From Planctomycetota bacterium (lineage in GTDB: Bacteria; Planctomycetota; UBA8108; SXIK01), in NCBI GenBank assembly GCA_965223845.1, contig CBDCXR010000004.1:3712001-3776000 (forward strand): DNA of 64,000 nt, read 5' to 3'. The stretch's first letter is position 1. Each line of letters starts with the position of its first letter. Under the pieces are notes generated by a model. It was not told where the DNA came from and did not search any database. It was given only the letters and a program-made list of their open reading frames with translations. Of this stretch, positions 37,744-48,418 are shown piece by piece. The translations under genes and the position numbers were made by a program.

Positions 37744-37992
37744 CGCGCGAGCCCCCGAGTGCGACTCCGCGGATCAGAACGCGAAGAACGAGGGGGAGTC
37801 GCGAGCGCAAACTCGTTTCCGATGCCGTTCCCGACACTCACTACGACTCTCGCCAAAACCATCAATTCGGGGATGACCTGATTCGCATCGCGGTATTCGC
37901 CGACGGTCCGACCGGCCCGGCGTTTCCTCGCGCGCGAAAGCGCAAACGATCTTGAGGAAGCGACGTCGGCCGAGCGCATTCGAGGCGACGAT

Positions 37993-38409
37993 TCAGAACA
38001 CCGATACAAGGATCCGCCGCGCCGAAGGATGGTCGCGGTGCTCCCACAGATAGATGCCCTGCCACGTCCCTAGCGCGAGTCGACCGCGCGCGACGGGCAC
38101 GGAGAGACTCACGTCCGTCAACACCGACTTAATGTGCGACGGCATGTCATCCGGCCCCTCGGCCGTGTGACGATAGTACGGCTCGTTCTCCGGCGCGATG
38201 CGGTCGAAGAACCGCTCGAGATCGCCTCTCGCGCTCGGATCCGCGTTCTCGTTGATGATGAGACTCGCGGAGGTGTGTTGGACGAAGACGTTGCACATCC
38301 CGTCGGACACTCCGCTCGCTCCGACGACGGCGCTGACCGATGACGTGATCTCGTGGAGGCCGCGGCGCGGCGCTCGCACCTCGATCACATCGCGATGGAC
38401 GGTGTTCAT
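37993..38409 (-). CDS. yjbQ: YjbQ / UPF0047 family protein
   Basis: HTSASLIINENADP, EGPDDMPSHIK, LGTWQGIYLWEHR. Confidence 0.93.
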   Translation of the reverse strand: MNTVHRDVIEVRAPRRGLHEITSSVSAVVGASGVSDGMCNVFVQHTSASLIINENADPSARGDLERFFDRIAPENEPYYRHTAEGPDDMPSHIKSVLTDVSLSVPVARGRLALGTWQGIYLWEHRDHPSARRILVSVF

Positions 38410-38689
38410 GGCGCTGCATTATGGCGAGTCGCGAGCCGGATTCAAAGGCGGCGCCGGACCGAGGTCGAGCGAGCTCGTCCCCGCGGCCCCGAAGCCGGCG
38501 ACCCGGTCGGATCGCTCGAGATTCCACGGCGCGGCCGAATGCGAGGCAGACTCTGAACGAACGTCTCCCGGTCGCGAGCGGCGAAAGCGGAGCGTCCCGA
38601 AAGTCCGCCGTTGCAAGCGCGACGAGAGCCCCTCAGACTGAACATCGAACCTCGAAAAACTGCTCGTACTCGACCACGGAGCCCGGTTC

Positions 38690-41600
38690 GTGCAGGCCCG
38701 AATCGCGTCGTCTTCCCTCGCCGCCGGGATCGTCCCGAGCGGCTCAGCTCGGGACCGCTCGCACCGGCGGTTGCCTAGCGCGGCGTCGTGGCTCGTGTTC
38801 GTCGCCTTGGCCGCGGGTTTGCCGTCCCTCAACGCCGCGCCGTGGGTCGTCGTCACGGAGATTCACTACCATCCGGCCGAAGGCGACGCTCTCGAGTTCG
38901 TCGAGATCCTCAATCGCGAGCCGCCGCGGGTGCGGCTCGGCGGTTGGAGTCTGGACGGAGAGGTGACGTTTCTCTTTCCGGACGACACTCTCGTCCTTCC
39001 GGGCGAGCGCATCGTCGTCGCGCGCAATCCCGCGGCGTTCCGCCTCCGCTACCCCGGTGCTCGCAAGGTCTACGGCCCCTACCGCGGGAAGCTGGACAAC
39101 AACGGCGGCCGGCTCGTCCTTCGCAACCGCACCGGCGCGAAGATGAGCGAAGCGCGCTACCGTCGGGGCGGGCGGTGGCCGAGCGCGCCGGACGGATTCG
39201 GCCACACCCTCAGCCTCGAGAGTCCGTACCTCGATCCCACGCTCGCGGAAAACTGGCAGAGCAGCTCTCGCATCGGAGGCACGCCCGGCGCACCGAACGG
39301 CTTCTCGGACGAATCCACCGGGGAGCTCATCGTCCGCGCGGGAGATACGTGGCGCTACTCGCACGGCGACGTCGCGCCGCGTCCGACTTGGTTCCGTTCG
39401 GACTTCGACGACTCCCGTTGGTCCGAAGGCCCCTCGGGCCTCGGCTACGGCGATGGAGACGACGCGACCGAGCTCCCGGCGATGCGCGGGAACTACGCGT
39501 CGCTCTTCACTCGGCACTCGTTCGAGGTCGACTCCCCGGAGAGCTTCGCGAGCCTCATCCTTCGGGTCGACTACGACGACGGGTTCGTCGCGTATCTCAA
39601 CGGTAAGGAAGTCGCGCGGGCGAATCTCGGTGTTCCAGGCGAGACGATCGACTTCGACCGTTTCGCCGACAGCGCGCACGAAGCAGGGTCGCCCGGTGAG
39701 TTTCTCATCGGTGCGGCGACCGACGTTTTAAAGGACGGGACGAATGTCCTCGCCGTGCAGGCTCACAACGACGATCTCTACTCGACCGACCTCACACTCA
39801 TCGTCGAGCTGGAGAGCCGTGAGGTCGAGTCGCGCGTCCGCCCGGTGCTCCCACCGCGTATCAACGAGGTTCGCCTCCCGCGCGCAGGCGGCGACCCGGG
39901 GTTCGTCGAGATTTACAACCCCTCGCACGTCCCACTCTCTCTCGCCGGCTACGCGCTCACCGACGATCCGTTCGCGCCGGCGAAGCTGCCGCTCGAGATC
40001 GAAAAGCGCGTTCCTCCGGGCACTTGGATCCGCGTCGACGAGATCGGCGGCTTATTCGCGCCCGAGAAAGACGGCGGAGAGCCGAAGAATCGGCTCTCTC
40101 TCGCCCTCACGCGCCCGGCCGACGGCGTCGTTACCGATGTCTTTCGCTTCGATCGACCGGAGGGGGAGCGGCAGTCGGCCGGACGCTTTCCGGACGGCGA
40201 CGGATCGATTTACACCCTCGAGAAGCCGTCTCCCGGCGAGCGCAATCGCGCCGAGGTGACGGACGCGCTGGTCATCAACGAGATCATGTACGCTCCACTC
40301 CACGGCGGGGACGAGCGAGAGTACATCGAGATCTACTGCCGCGGTCGATCCGCGCTGCCACTCGCTGGGTTTCGATTGAGCGGCGCCGTCAAGTTCGAGT
40401 TCGCTTCCGACGTGGTTGCGAAGCCTGGGGAGTATCTCCTCGTCGCGAAGAAGCCCGAGGAGATCGCTCGGGTGTACGGACTCTCGCGGTCCGCGGTCCT
40501 CGGGCCGTACAAGGGGAAACTCGGTGATCGTCGGGAGGAAGTGCGGCTCCGCGACTCCCGCGGGTTCGTCATCGACCGCGTCGCGTACGCCGATCGCTCT
40601 CCTTGGCCGCGCGCCGCGGACGGGATGGGGAGCAGTCTCGAGCTCATCCATCCGGAGTTGGACAATGCGCTCCCCGCAGCGTGGGCAGCGAGCACGGAGG
40701 GCGACAAGGCTCCGTGGCAGACGTTTCGGTACGCGAAGCCTCACTCTCCGGTGAACACCGGGATCCGAAGCCAGGAGCTGCAGCTCATGCTCCTAGCGGA
40801 GGGAGAGTGTTTCATCGACGGAGTGCGCTTCGGCGCACGCGGAAACATTCTCTCCGATGGCGATTTCAAGCGGGGAGGTGACGATTGGCAGGCGCTCGGC
40901 ACTCACGGCCGCTCACGCCCCGTCGACGCCGGCAGAAAGAGCCGAGACACGTATTTCCACCTCATCGCCGACGGCCGGGGGAACCCGCGCTACAACTACG
41001 TCACGCTCGCGCTCGACCCCACGCTCAAGCACGGTGCGAAGTACCAGATGGCGTTCTCCGCTCGCTGGCAGAGCGGGAGCCCTCTTCTGCTCACGCGCAT
41101 CGCCGGTCAGAGCGTCGCGCAGGTTCACCGGCTGAAGGTTCCCGAACGGCTCGGTACCCCGGGGAAGCCGAACAGTCGCTTTTCGGAGCGACCGATGCCG
41201 GTCGTCGGAATCCCCCGGCAGTTCCCGATCGTACCGACAACGGAACAGGAAGCGACGTTCGACGTAGCGATTTCGGCGCGCGATCGCGTGACGAGCGCCG
41301 CGCTCCACTTTCGTCCCGAAGGCGAGGCGAACTGGAACGCGCGGCCGCTCGCGGAAGTTCGACGGGGAAGCGGCATCTGGTCCGGATCGCTTCCGCGTCT
41401 CCCCGCCGGCAAGGTCGAGTTTTGGATCGGCGCGACGGACTCGCGCGGCGCGGTGGGCACGTTTCCCGCGAGCAGCGAGTCGGAGCGCGCGCTCGACGGC
41501 ACTCCGCACGACACCGCACTCTACGCGGTCGGCCTCATTCCGAGCTCCCGTCTGCCGACGATCACGCTTCTCGTGAGCGACGACGAATGGGGCGCGCTCC

Positions 41601-44047
41601 AAGGGCGCCAAACCCTGTCAAATCGCCTCGCGCGGGCGTCGCTCGTCTTCGGCGACCTGCGCATCTACCACGGAGTGGGATTCCGCCCTCGCGGCAGCCC
41701 CTTTACCCGACGGGGACGGAACAACTGGCGCGTGGTGATGGGTGCGGACTCGATCGATGGACGCCGGACGCTCACGCTCGACGCGCAACCCGGTGGCGGC
41801 GCGTCGAATCTGTCCGAGCGCCTGACGTTCTGGCTGATCGACGCGCTCGACGCGCCGAACTCCCGGATGCAGTACGTCGACTTTCGCATCGAGGGGCGGG
41901 GTGAAGCCGGGACGTTCGAGGACGTCGAAAAGATCGACCGGTCCTACCTCGACAATTGGTTCGGCCCCGATTCGGATCCGCCTTCCCGTCTGGCGGGAGA
42001 GACGGGCGTCGACAGACCCTCCCCGCAAGGATCGAGAACGACGTCGCGGAGACGCTCGTTTCGCCGGCGCAAACTCGGCGACCTCGACCCCCTCGGCCAT
42101 CTGCACAAGATCGACGACTACTGGGAGCTCTCGCTCTTCGGCGGACGCCACTATCAGGAGTCGTTCTTTCAGTACACTTCATCCGACATCGAAGATTACC
42201 GCTGGAACTTTCCTGCGCGCGCGAACAGCACCGACGAGAACTACGCTCCGCTCGTCGAGCTCGTTCAGTTCCTCGACCCCAATCACACCACCGACCGCGC
42301 GTTCGCGCGGGACCTCGACTCGATGCTCGACGTCGATGGTTGGATGCGCGTACTAGCGGTTCGCAATCTCGTCAACGACTGGGACACCATGGGCGGCTCC
42401 CGCGGAAAGAACTCGTTCCTCTTTCGTTCGACCGCGGACAACCGCTGGCACCTCCTCCCCTGGGACGCCGATCTCGCTTGGGGCGGACGCGATCGGATCG
42501 ACATGAGGAAGTTCCCGGCGATCGCACGGCTCGTCGGCACGCCCCGAAACTCGCGTCTCTTCCGCGGTTACCAGGAGTACCTCGGCGCGCGACTCCTCGA
42601 TCCGCAGTTCTTCGCGGACGTCCTCGACGACATCGAGCAGCACGCACGCATTTCCACGGGGAACTTCGCCGACGCCGGACGACGGTTCCGGGCAAAGGCC
42701 AGCGCGAACTCCTTCGGCCTTCGCTTCGCGGTAGGCAAGGCTCGGCGCGTCAAGCGCAGAGACCTCCCGGATGCGGCGGAGATTCAAGGCACCGCACCGG
42801 CGATCGTGATGCGATTCCGCCTCGACGGACGCGAGGGCGAAGTCGAGCTCGCGGGCGAGTCCGCGTGGCAGGCCACCTTCGACATCGGACCCGAGGGCGG
42901 CCGGCGAAAGCTCGAGGCGCTCGACTTCGGCGGCAACGTCATCGCGGCAGCGGAAATTTCCATCGCCGCGCGCCGAGGCGCGCCGGAGCTGCAGGATCCG
43001 GTGCGCGAGGCACCCACCGTCACACCGGAGCTCCGGGCGGCGATCGCGAAAGTCCACGCGCTCGAAGAGGCGCGGCGCGCGGCGGAAATCGAGTCGCCGG
43101 CGACGACCATCGCGGCGAAGACATCGAGCGATACGGACGCGAACACGGAATCCGTGGACTCGTCAACGCAGCCGAATAGCGGTGCCCGTCGGACAACGAT
43201 CGCGACGGCGCGGGGTCCGCGGGAAGGTCTCAACCACGAGGTCGACGACGACGGAGAGAGCCCGGCGACAGCGAGCTCGCGGCCCGCGCGCGATGCCCGA
43301 CTCGAGTCGCGCTCGCCGCTCGGGGACCAGCCTCGCCGCCGGGGCGGTAGCGAACTCGCGCCCGCCGTGTCGCGACTCGAGCCGGACGCGACTCCGCCGA
43401 CCGATGTTCCCTCGGCGCAGAAGCCCGGTCCACTCGAGCCGGCCGCGCCTTCGTCCGGCTCGCCGACGATGCGGATCGTCGTCTTCGTCATCGCGGTCTT
43501 GATCGCGGTTCAGATCGTCATCGTGGTCCGTTCGCGGCGGACGCGCAGCTCCGAGCGCGCGCCCGCTCAGGCGGAGCGCGCCCGCGCCGCGCCGGGAGCC
43601 CGAGCGGCCGCCGGACGGCGAGCCGCGGAAGGACGACGGGCGGCCGCCTCGCCACGCCGTCCCGAGCGGCGACCAGCGCGTGAGCGGCCGGAAGCGCCGT
43701 CGACCGAAGCCGCGGCCGGGGCGCCGAATCCGATCGGTCGGGCGATCGCACAGCTCGGATGCCCCGAGTTCGAGGTCGCGAGAGCTGCGCTTCGCTATCT
43801 CGAGAAGCACCTCGAGACCGACATCCCCGCCGTACTCCAATCGCTCGGGGACAGCCGAACGACCGTCATCCGCAAGGTACGGAGCTCCTCGACGGGGTCG
43901 CTGAGCGCCGTGGCGGCTCGCCCGGGCGAGCCGGGCCTACGAGTCCGCCAGCTCCTCGCACTGCTGCTCGAGCGAAGCATCGGGCGACCGGACGCGGAAC
44001 GTCCGACGCTCGAGGACTGGGTGAAGCACTGGCGGAGCCAGGGCTAG
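38690..44047 (+). CDS. Lamin-tail-domain / CotH-kinase protein with C-terminal TM and cytoplasmic helical tail
   Basis: Three LTD-like units (VTEIHYHP, INEV...FVEIYNP, VINEIMY...EYIEIY); CotH-type GFRPRGS, EKID, DWD...KN, LPWDAD; TM MRIVVFVIAVLIAVQIVIVV; start uncertain. Confidence 0.85.
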   Translation: MQARIASSSLAAGIVPSGSARDRSHRRLPSAASWLVFVALAAGLPSLNAAPWVVVTEIHYHPAEGDALEFVEILNREPPRVRLGGWSLDGEVTFLFPDDTLVLPGERIVVARNPAAFRLRYPGARKVYGPYRGKLDNNGGRLVLRNRTGAKMSEARYRRGGRWPSAPDGFGHTLSLESPYLDPTLAENWQSSSRIGGTPGAPNGFSDESTGELIVRAGDTWRYSHGDVAPRPTWFRSDFDDSRWSEGPSGLGYGDGDDATELPAMRGNYASLFTRHSFEVDSPESFASLILRVDYDDGFVAYLNGKEVARANLGVPGETIDFDRFADSAHEAGSPGEFLIGAATDVLKDGTNVLAVQAHNDDLYSTDLTLIVELESREVESRVRPVLPPRINEVRLPRAGGDPGFVEIYNPSHVPLSLAGYALTDDPFAPAKLPLEIEKRVPPGTWIRVDEIGGLFAPEKDGGEPKNRLSLALTRPADGVVTDVFRFDRPEGERQSAGRFPDGDGSIYTLEKPSPGERNRAEVTDALVINEIMYAPLHGGDEREYIEIYCRGRSALPLAGFRLSGAVKFEFASDVVAKPGEYLLVAKKPEEIARVYGLSRSAVLGPYKGKLGDRREEVRLRDSRGFVIDRVAYADRSPWPRAADGMGSSLELIHPELDNALPAAWAASTEGDKAPWQTFRYAKPHSPVNTGIRSQELQLMLLAEGECFIDGVRFGARGNILSDGDFKRGGDDWQALGTHGRSRPVDAGRKSRDTYFHLIADGRGNPRYNYVTLALDPTLKHGAKYQMAFSARWQSGSPLLLTRIAGQSVAQVHRLKVPERLGTPGKPNSRFSERPMPVVGIPRQFPIVPTTEQEATFDVAISARDRVTSAALHFRPEGEANWNARPLAEVRRGSGIWSGSLPRLPAGKVEFWIGATDSRGAVGTFPASSESERALDGTPHDTALYAVGLIPSSRLPTITLLVSDDEWGALQGRQTLSNRLARASLVFGDLRIYHGVGFRPRGSPFTRRGRNNWRVVMGADSIDGRRTLTLDAQPGGGASNLSERLTFWLIDALDAPNSRMQYVDFRIEGRGEAGTFEDVEKIDRSYLDNWFGPDSDPPSRLAGETGVDRPSPQGSRTTSRRRSFRRRKLGDLDPLGHLHKIDDYWELSLFGGRHYQESFFQYTSSDIEDYRWNFPARANSTDENYAPLVELVQFLDPNHTTDRAFARDLDSMLDVDGWMRVLAVRNLVNDWDTMGGSRGKNSFLFRSTADNRWHLLPWDADLAWGGRDRIDMRKFPAIARLVGTPRNSRLFRGYQEYLGARLLDPQFFADVLDDIEQHARISTGNFADAGRRFRAKASANSFGLRFAVGKARRVKRRDLPDAAEIQGTAPAIVMRFRLDGREGEVELAGESAWQATFDIGPEGGRRKLEALDFGGNVIAAAEISIAARRGAPELQDPVREAPTVTPELRAAIAKVHALEEARRAAEIESPATTIAAKTSSDTDANTESVDSSTQPNSGARRTTIATARGPREGLNHEVDDDGESPATASSRPARDARLESRSPLGDQPRRRGGSELAPAVSRLEPDATPPTDVPSAQKPGPLEPAAPSSGSPTMRIVVFVIAVLIAVQIVIVVRSRRTRSSERAPAQAERARAAPGARAAAGRRAAEGRRAAASPRRPERRPARERPEAPSTEAAAGAPNPIGRAIAQLGCPEFEVARAALRYLEKHLETDIPAVLQSLGDSRTTVIRKVRSSSTGSLSAVAARPGEPGLRVRQLLALLLERSIGRPDAERPTLEDWVKHWRSQG

Positions 44048-44196
44048 GCGACGGCGGAGGAAACCGGATCCGACCCGTCGCGGCGATGCCGCTCGAGGTA
44101 CCGCCTTCTCCGGATTCGCCGCTTGTCCGGCTCACCGCGCGGACCTAGCGTTCGAACGGCGCCTCAGCGAACGGCCGAAGCTCGCGAGGTTTCTTG

Positions 44197-45069
44197 CTAC
44201 GGCAGGACGACCGCGCGCCGGACGTAATCGAGCTCGGGAAACTGCGACTCGAGGTACGCATTTCCCTGCGACTGGATCTTCGACTGCTCAGGTCCGCTTC
44301 CTCGCGGTGGACCGTCCTCGTATCCGGAATAGAGCGCGTCGACGACGTCCATACCGTCGACAACCTCTCCGAACGGAGCGAATCCATCTCTATCGAGGAA
44401 CGCGTTCGTGTTCGCGAGATTGACGAACACTTGCGTCGTGCGCGATGCGGGCGTGGACGACTTGGCAAACGATACGTAGCCGCGCTTGTTCGATTCGACC
44501 ACCGGATCGTCCTCGATCGTGGCCTCGCGCCAGGCGGCGTTCACGACGGGTTCGCCGTGAATTCCGAACTGGACGACGAAACCCTTGAGAACGCGGAAAA
44601 ACGCGACGTTGTCGTAGTAGCCAACGCGGACGAGGTTGTAGAACCGATCGGCGCCTTCGGCGGCCCACTTGCGATGCACGCGAACGACGAAGTCTCCGCG
44701 TGTCGTATCGAACTTGACGTCGAACGTCTCCGGCGCCTCCTCTTTCAGCGTCGCCGGCTGAAGAAGATTCGGATGGTGATCGCGCAGCGACTCCGGGATC
44801 TCGGGCGGCTCACCATTCGGCGGGCTCGTCGTCACTCCCGAGTTCGTCCCCGAGGGACCGTGCTCCGGTGAAGTCTGCCCGGAGCCGACGGCCGGCTGTC
44901 CGCTCGCATCCCCGGACGACTCCGTGGAAGTTCCCGCACCGTCGGTCGCTTCGTCGTCGAGGTTCACCTTCGGCTGAACGCCCGAGCAACCGGCGCCGAA
45001 GCCGAGCCCGCAGAATCCGAGCGCGACGACGGTCCAAACCTCCCACGGGGAACGCACCCTGCTGCGCAT
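44197..45069 (-). CDS. Cyclophilin-type peptidyl-prolyl isomerase, lipoprotein
   Basis: FFRVLKGFVVQFG, RTTQVFVN, FAPFGEVVDGM; lipobox-like GAGC; GAGG before ATG 45069. Confidence 0.93.
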   Translation of the reverse strand: MRSRVRSPWEVWTVVALGFCGLGFGAGCSGVQPKVNLDDEATDGAGTSTESSGDASGQPAVGSGQTSPEHGPSGTNSGVTTSPPNGEPPEIPESLRDHHPNLLQPATLKEEAPETFDVKFDTTRGDFVVRVHRKWAAEGADRFYNLVRVGYYDNVAFFRVLKGFVVQFGIHGEPVVNAAWREATIEDDPVVESNKRGYVSFAKSSTPASRTTQVFVNLANTNAFLDRDGFAPFGEVVDGMDVVDALYSGYEDGPPRGSGPEQSKIQSQGNAYLESQFPELDYVRRAVVLP

Positions 45070-45248
45070 ATTCCTCACTCCCGAGCTGCGACACGCACAT
45101 CCCACCGAGGACACCGAAAGACAGGATAGCGGAATCGCGCTCCCGCTTCAAATGAACGCGAGCCGGAGGAGACGCGCGGGGAGCCGGCGGGACTCGAGTT
45201 CGCTCCAGGGGCTCGCGAAGCGTCCGATTTGCGTACAATCTCGCCCGC

Positions 45249-46170
45249 GATGACTCCCGACTCTTCACCGATCTCGTCCCCGGCGCGCGGCCGGTGTTTT
45301 CTCGTCGCCGCGGCCGTTCTCTGGAGCAGCGCCGGACTGTTCGCCAAGGCGCCGACGTTCGCGGACTGGCCCATCGAGTCCCGCGGAATGGTCCTCGCGT
45401 TCTGGCGCGCCCTGTTCGCGGGCGCGCTCCTCCTCCCGATCGTTCGGAAACCACGCTGGGACTACCGGCTCGTTCCGCTCGTCGCCATCTTCGCCGTGAT
45501 GAACGTGACCTACCTCACCGCGCTCACGCGGACGACCGGGGCGAACGCGATCTGGCTGCAAAACACCGCGCCACTGTGGGTGTTCTTCCTCGGGGTCGCG
45601 TTTCTCGGGGAGAGGGTCACCGGGCGACACGTCGCCGCACTCATGCTCGGGGCGACGGGAATCGCGACCATCCTCGCTTACGAGCTCCGCGGCGCCGAAG
45701 CCGTGGGCACGCAGTGCGCACTCGCCTCGGGATTTACCTACGCGTGCGTCATCGTCTTTCTGCGCGCGCTCCGCACGCTCGACGCGTCGTGGCTGATAGC
45801 CCTCAACCTCATCGCGACCGCGGTCATCGTCGCGCCGTTTGCACTCACTTCCGGCGTGGTCCCATCCGCAGGCCAACTCGGTCTGCTCGCGGTGTTCGGC
45901 CTTCTCCAAATGGGTCTTCCGTACGTACTCTTCGCTCGCGGGCTCCGCGAAGTCTCGTCTCAGGAGGGATCGCTCATCGCCCTTCTCGAACCCGTCCTCC
46001 TCCCCGTGTGGGTGTTTCTCGCCGTCGGAGAAGCGCCCGCACCCTGGACCTACGTCGGGGCGGCCCTCATCCTGGCGGGACTGATCGTTCGCTTCGGTTG
46101 CTCCGGCCGCGGCCGCGGCCGGAGCAACCGGACCGAGGCGGATCCGACGGCGATCGATGCGCCGGAGTAG
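45249..46170 (+). CDS. EamA/DMT-family transporter
   Basis: About 10 TM segments; ANAIWLQNTAP, LLEPVL. Confidence 0.9.
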
Positions 46171-46174
46171 CCCG

Positions 46175-47218
46175 ATGGAAACGACGCCCCTGCCCGAGCT
46201 CGTCGATTCGACGGAGCAGCTCGAGGATCTCCTCAGCGAGCCGACCGCCGCCGCCGTCGACGCTCTCCGTGAAGTGCCCGGCGATATCGTCGTTCTCGGC
46301 GCCGGGGGAAAAATGGGACCCTCACTCGCGCGAATGGCGCGCCGCGCGAGCGACGCCGCCGGGATCTCGAGACGCGTGATCGCGGTGTCGCGCTTCGGCG
46401 ACGCCGAGGCGCGGCGCGCCCTCGAGTCCTCGGGCGTCGAGACCATCGCCGCGGATCTTCTCAATCTCGAGGCTTGGGACCGACTTCCCGATGCCGGTGG
46501 TGTCCTCTCCGCGCTCGGCCGAAAATTCGGCTCGACCGGAGACGAAGCCGCGACGTGGGCGACGAATGCGGTCCTCGCCGCTCGCGTCGGCGAGCGCTAT
46601 TCCGGGAGTCGCGTGGTCGCGTTCTCTACGGGAAACGTCTACGGACCCGTGTCGATCGCGGGCACCGGATCGCGCGAGGACGACCCGCTCCGCCCCGTCG
46701 GCGAGTACGCGATGAGCTGCGTCGGCCGCGAGCGCGTGCTCGAGTTCAACTCACGCCACCTAGGAACGAGGACGTCGATTCTTCGGCTCAACTACGCGGT
46801 CGAGCTCCGCTACGGAGTCCTCGTCGACATCGCGCGTCGCGTTTGGGCGAATCGTCCCGTCGAGATCACCGTTCCGGCCGTGAACGTGATCTGGCAAGGC
46901 GATGCGTCCGCCGCCGCGATCGCGGCGCTGGCATCGGCATCGTCGCCGCCCTGCGTGCTCAATCTCGCCGGCCCGGAGATCCTGCGGGTCCACGACACGG
47001 CACTCGCGTTCGGCGAGCGGTTCGAAAAAAAAGTCGCCTTCGAAGGAGTCGAAGGCGAGACGGCGCTCCTCAGCGATGGCCGGCGCGCTCGCGATCAGTT
47101 CGGCGAGCCGCGCGTACCGGCGGCCCGCCTGATTCGCTGGACTGCTCATTGGATCGCGAGTGGCGGAAGCGATCTCGGAAAGCCGACGCACTTCGAAAAC
47201 GTCGACGGCCGGTTCTAG
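46175..47218 (+). CDS. NAD-dependent epimerase/dehydratase family
   Basis: VLGAGGKMG Rossmann motif, STGNVY, EYAMSC, LRLNYA. Confidence 0.88.
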   Translation: METTPLPELVDSTEQLEDLLSEPTAAAVDALREVPGDIVVLGAGGKMGPSLARMARRASDAAGISRRVIAVSRFGDAEARRALESSGVETIAADLLNLEAWDRLPDAGGVLSALGRKFGSTGDEAATWATNAVLAARVGERYSGSRVVAFSTGNVYGPVSIAGTGSREDDPLRPVGEYAMSCVGRERVLEFNSRHLGTRTSILRLNYAVELRYGVLVDIARRVWANRPVEITVPAVNVIWQGDASAAAIAALASASSPPCVLNLAGPEILRVHDTALAFGERFEKKVAFEGVEGETALLSDGRRARDQFGEPRVPAARLIRWTAHWIASGGSDLGKPTHFENVDGRF

Positions 47219-47272
47219 TCGCGAAGGAGTTTGCCGAGCCGCTTCGCTCGAAGCGGCGCCCTCGCTCGTTCG

Positions 47273-48418
47273 TCAGTGGAGCTCGTCGTGATCCGCCAGC
47301 CGATCGAGCCACCACGCGAGCTCGCGGTCGTACTCGGTATCGAGATCCTGCTTGACGAGATGGCGGTGGAAGCTCACCGCGCCGACGCGTCCGAACTCCG
47401 CCGCGTCCGCGTCGGCAAACCGCTTGTCGGCGTCCGGCGCGATCATCCGGTCGATCAGGCCGTGAAGGAGAGCGTCGTCGCGCACCTCCCGCGGAAGAAG
47501 CGCATCGAGCCGCTCGGGAAGACGCTTCTTTTGCGCGAGAAGCTCGTCGAACGTCGTCGCCGAGCGGAACAGCTTCTGTCCGGTGAGCATCTCGATGAGG
47601 ATGTACCCGAGGCTCGCGACGTCCGAGCGGAGGCGGACCGATCGACCGCGGTGCTGCTCCGGGGCCATGTAGTAAGGCGTCCCGCGGAGTCCGGCCGGGA
47701 CTTCGTCCACGTGGCACGAGCTGTCCATGTCGATGATCTTCTTCGTCCCGGTACGCTTGACCATGATGTTCGATGGCTTCAGGTCGCAGTGGGCGATTCC
47801 AAAGTGGTGAAGCGAAGCGAGGCCGGCAAGGCAGCCGCGGAGGATGTCGACGGCGACGCCGGACTTGAGTCGGCAGTGATCCTTGCCCTCGGTCACGATG
47901 ACATCGTTCAGGCGCTCCCAGAGGTCCCGCGGCGCCTTCTCGCAGAATCGCCGGTAGCGGTCGCGATCGAGAAGCTGTGACAGATCGAGCCCGTCGACCC
48001 ACTCGGCCACCATCACTCGCGTGTCGGAAATCGAGACAAAGTCGCGGATCGAGATGATGTTGTCGTGCTGAATCCGGCTGACGAGCTGAGCCTGACGGGC
48101 GATGCGCTCCATCTCGCGGCGGTACTCATCCTCCGACATGCTCTTCGGACGGAAGAACATCTTGAGCGCGACCATGGTGTCGTAACCGTCGACACCTTCG
48201 CGCCGGGCGAGGTAGACGACGCCTTGGCCGCCGCTCCCGAGAAGGCGCTGGACGTCGTAGCGAGCCGTCCAGCAGAGCTCCTTCGGTGGATCGGCCGGAG
48301 GCTTGGGCGCCTCCGCGGGCTTCCCGTCCGACGACAATCGACTGAGGAGCGCTTCGACGCTCCACGTAGTTTCGGGTGAGCTCGGGTCGAACGGAGTCGG
48401 AGTCGGATCGGCGGACAT
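47273..48418 (-). CDS. Soluble Hanks-type Ser/Thr protein kinase
   Basis: LGSGGQGVVY, VALK, HCDLKPSN, DMD (in place of DFG), GTPYYMAPE; start moved to ATG 48418. Confidence 0.9.
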   Translation of the reverse strand: MSADPTPTPFDPSSPETTWSVEALLSRLSSDGKPAEAPKPPADPPKELCWTARYDVQRLLGSGGQGVVYLARREGVDGYDTMVALKMFFRPKSMSEDEYRREMERIARQAQLVSRIQHDNIISIRDFVSISDTRVMVAEWVDGLDLSQLLDRDRYRRFCEKAPRDLWERLNDVIVTEGKDHCRLKSGVAVDILRGCLAGLASLHHFGIAHCDLKPSNIMVKRTGTKKIIDMDSSCHVDEVPAGLRGTPYYMAPEQHRGRSVRLRSDVASLGYILIEMLTGQKLFRSATTFDELLAQKKRLPERLDALLPREVRDDALLHGLIDRMIAPDADKRFADADAAEFGRVGAVSFHRHLVKQDLDTEYDRELAWWLDRLADHDELH

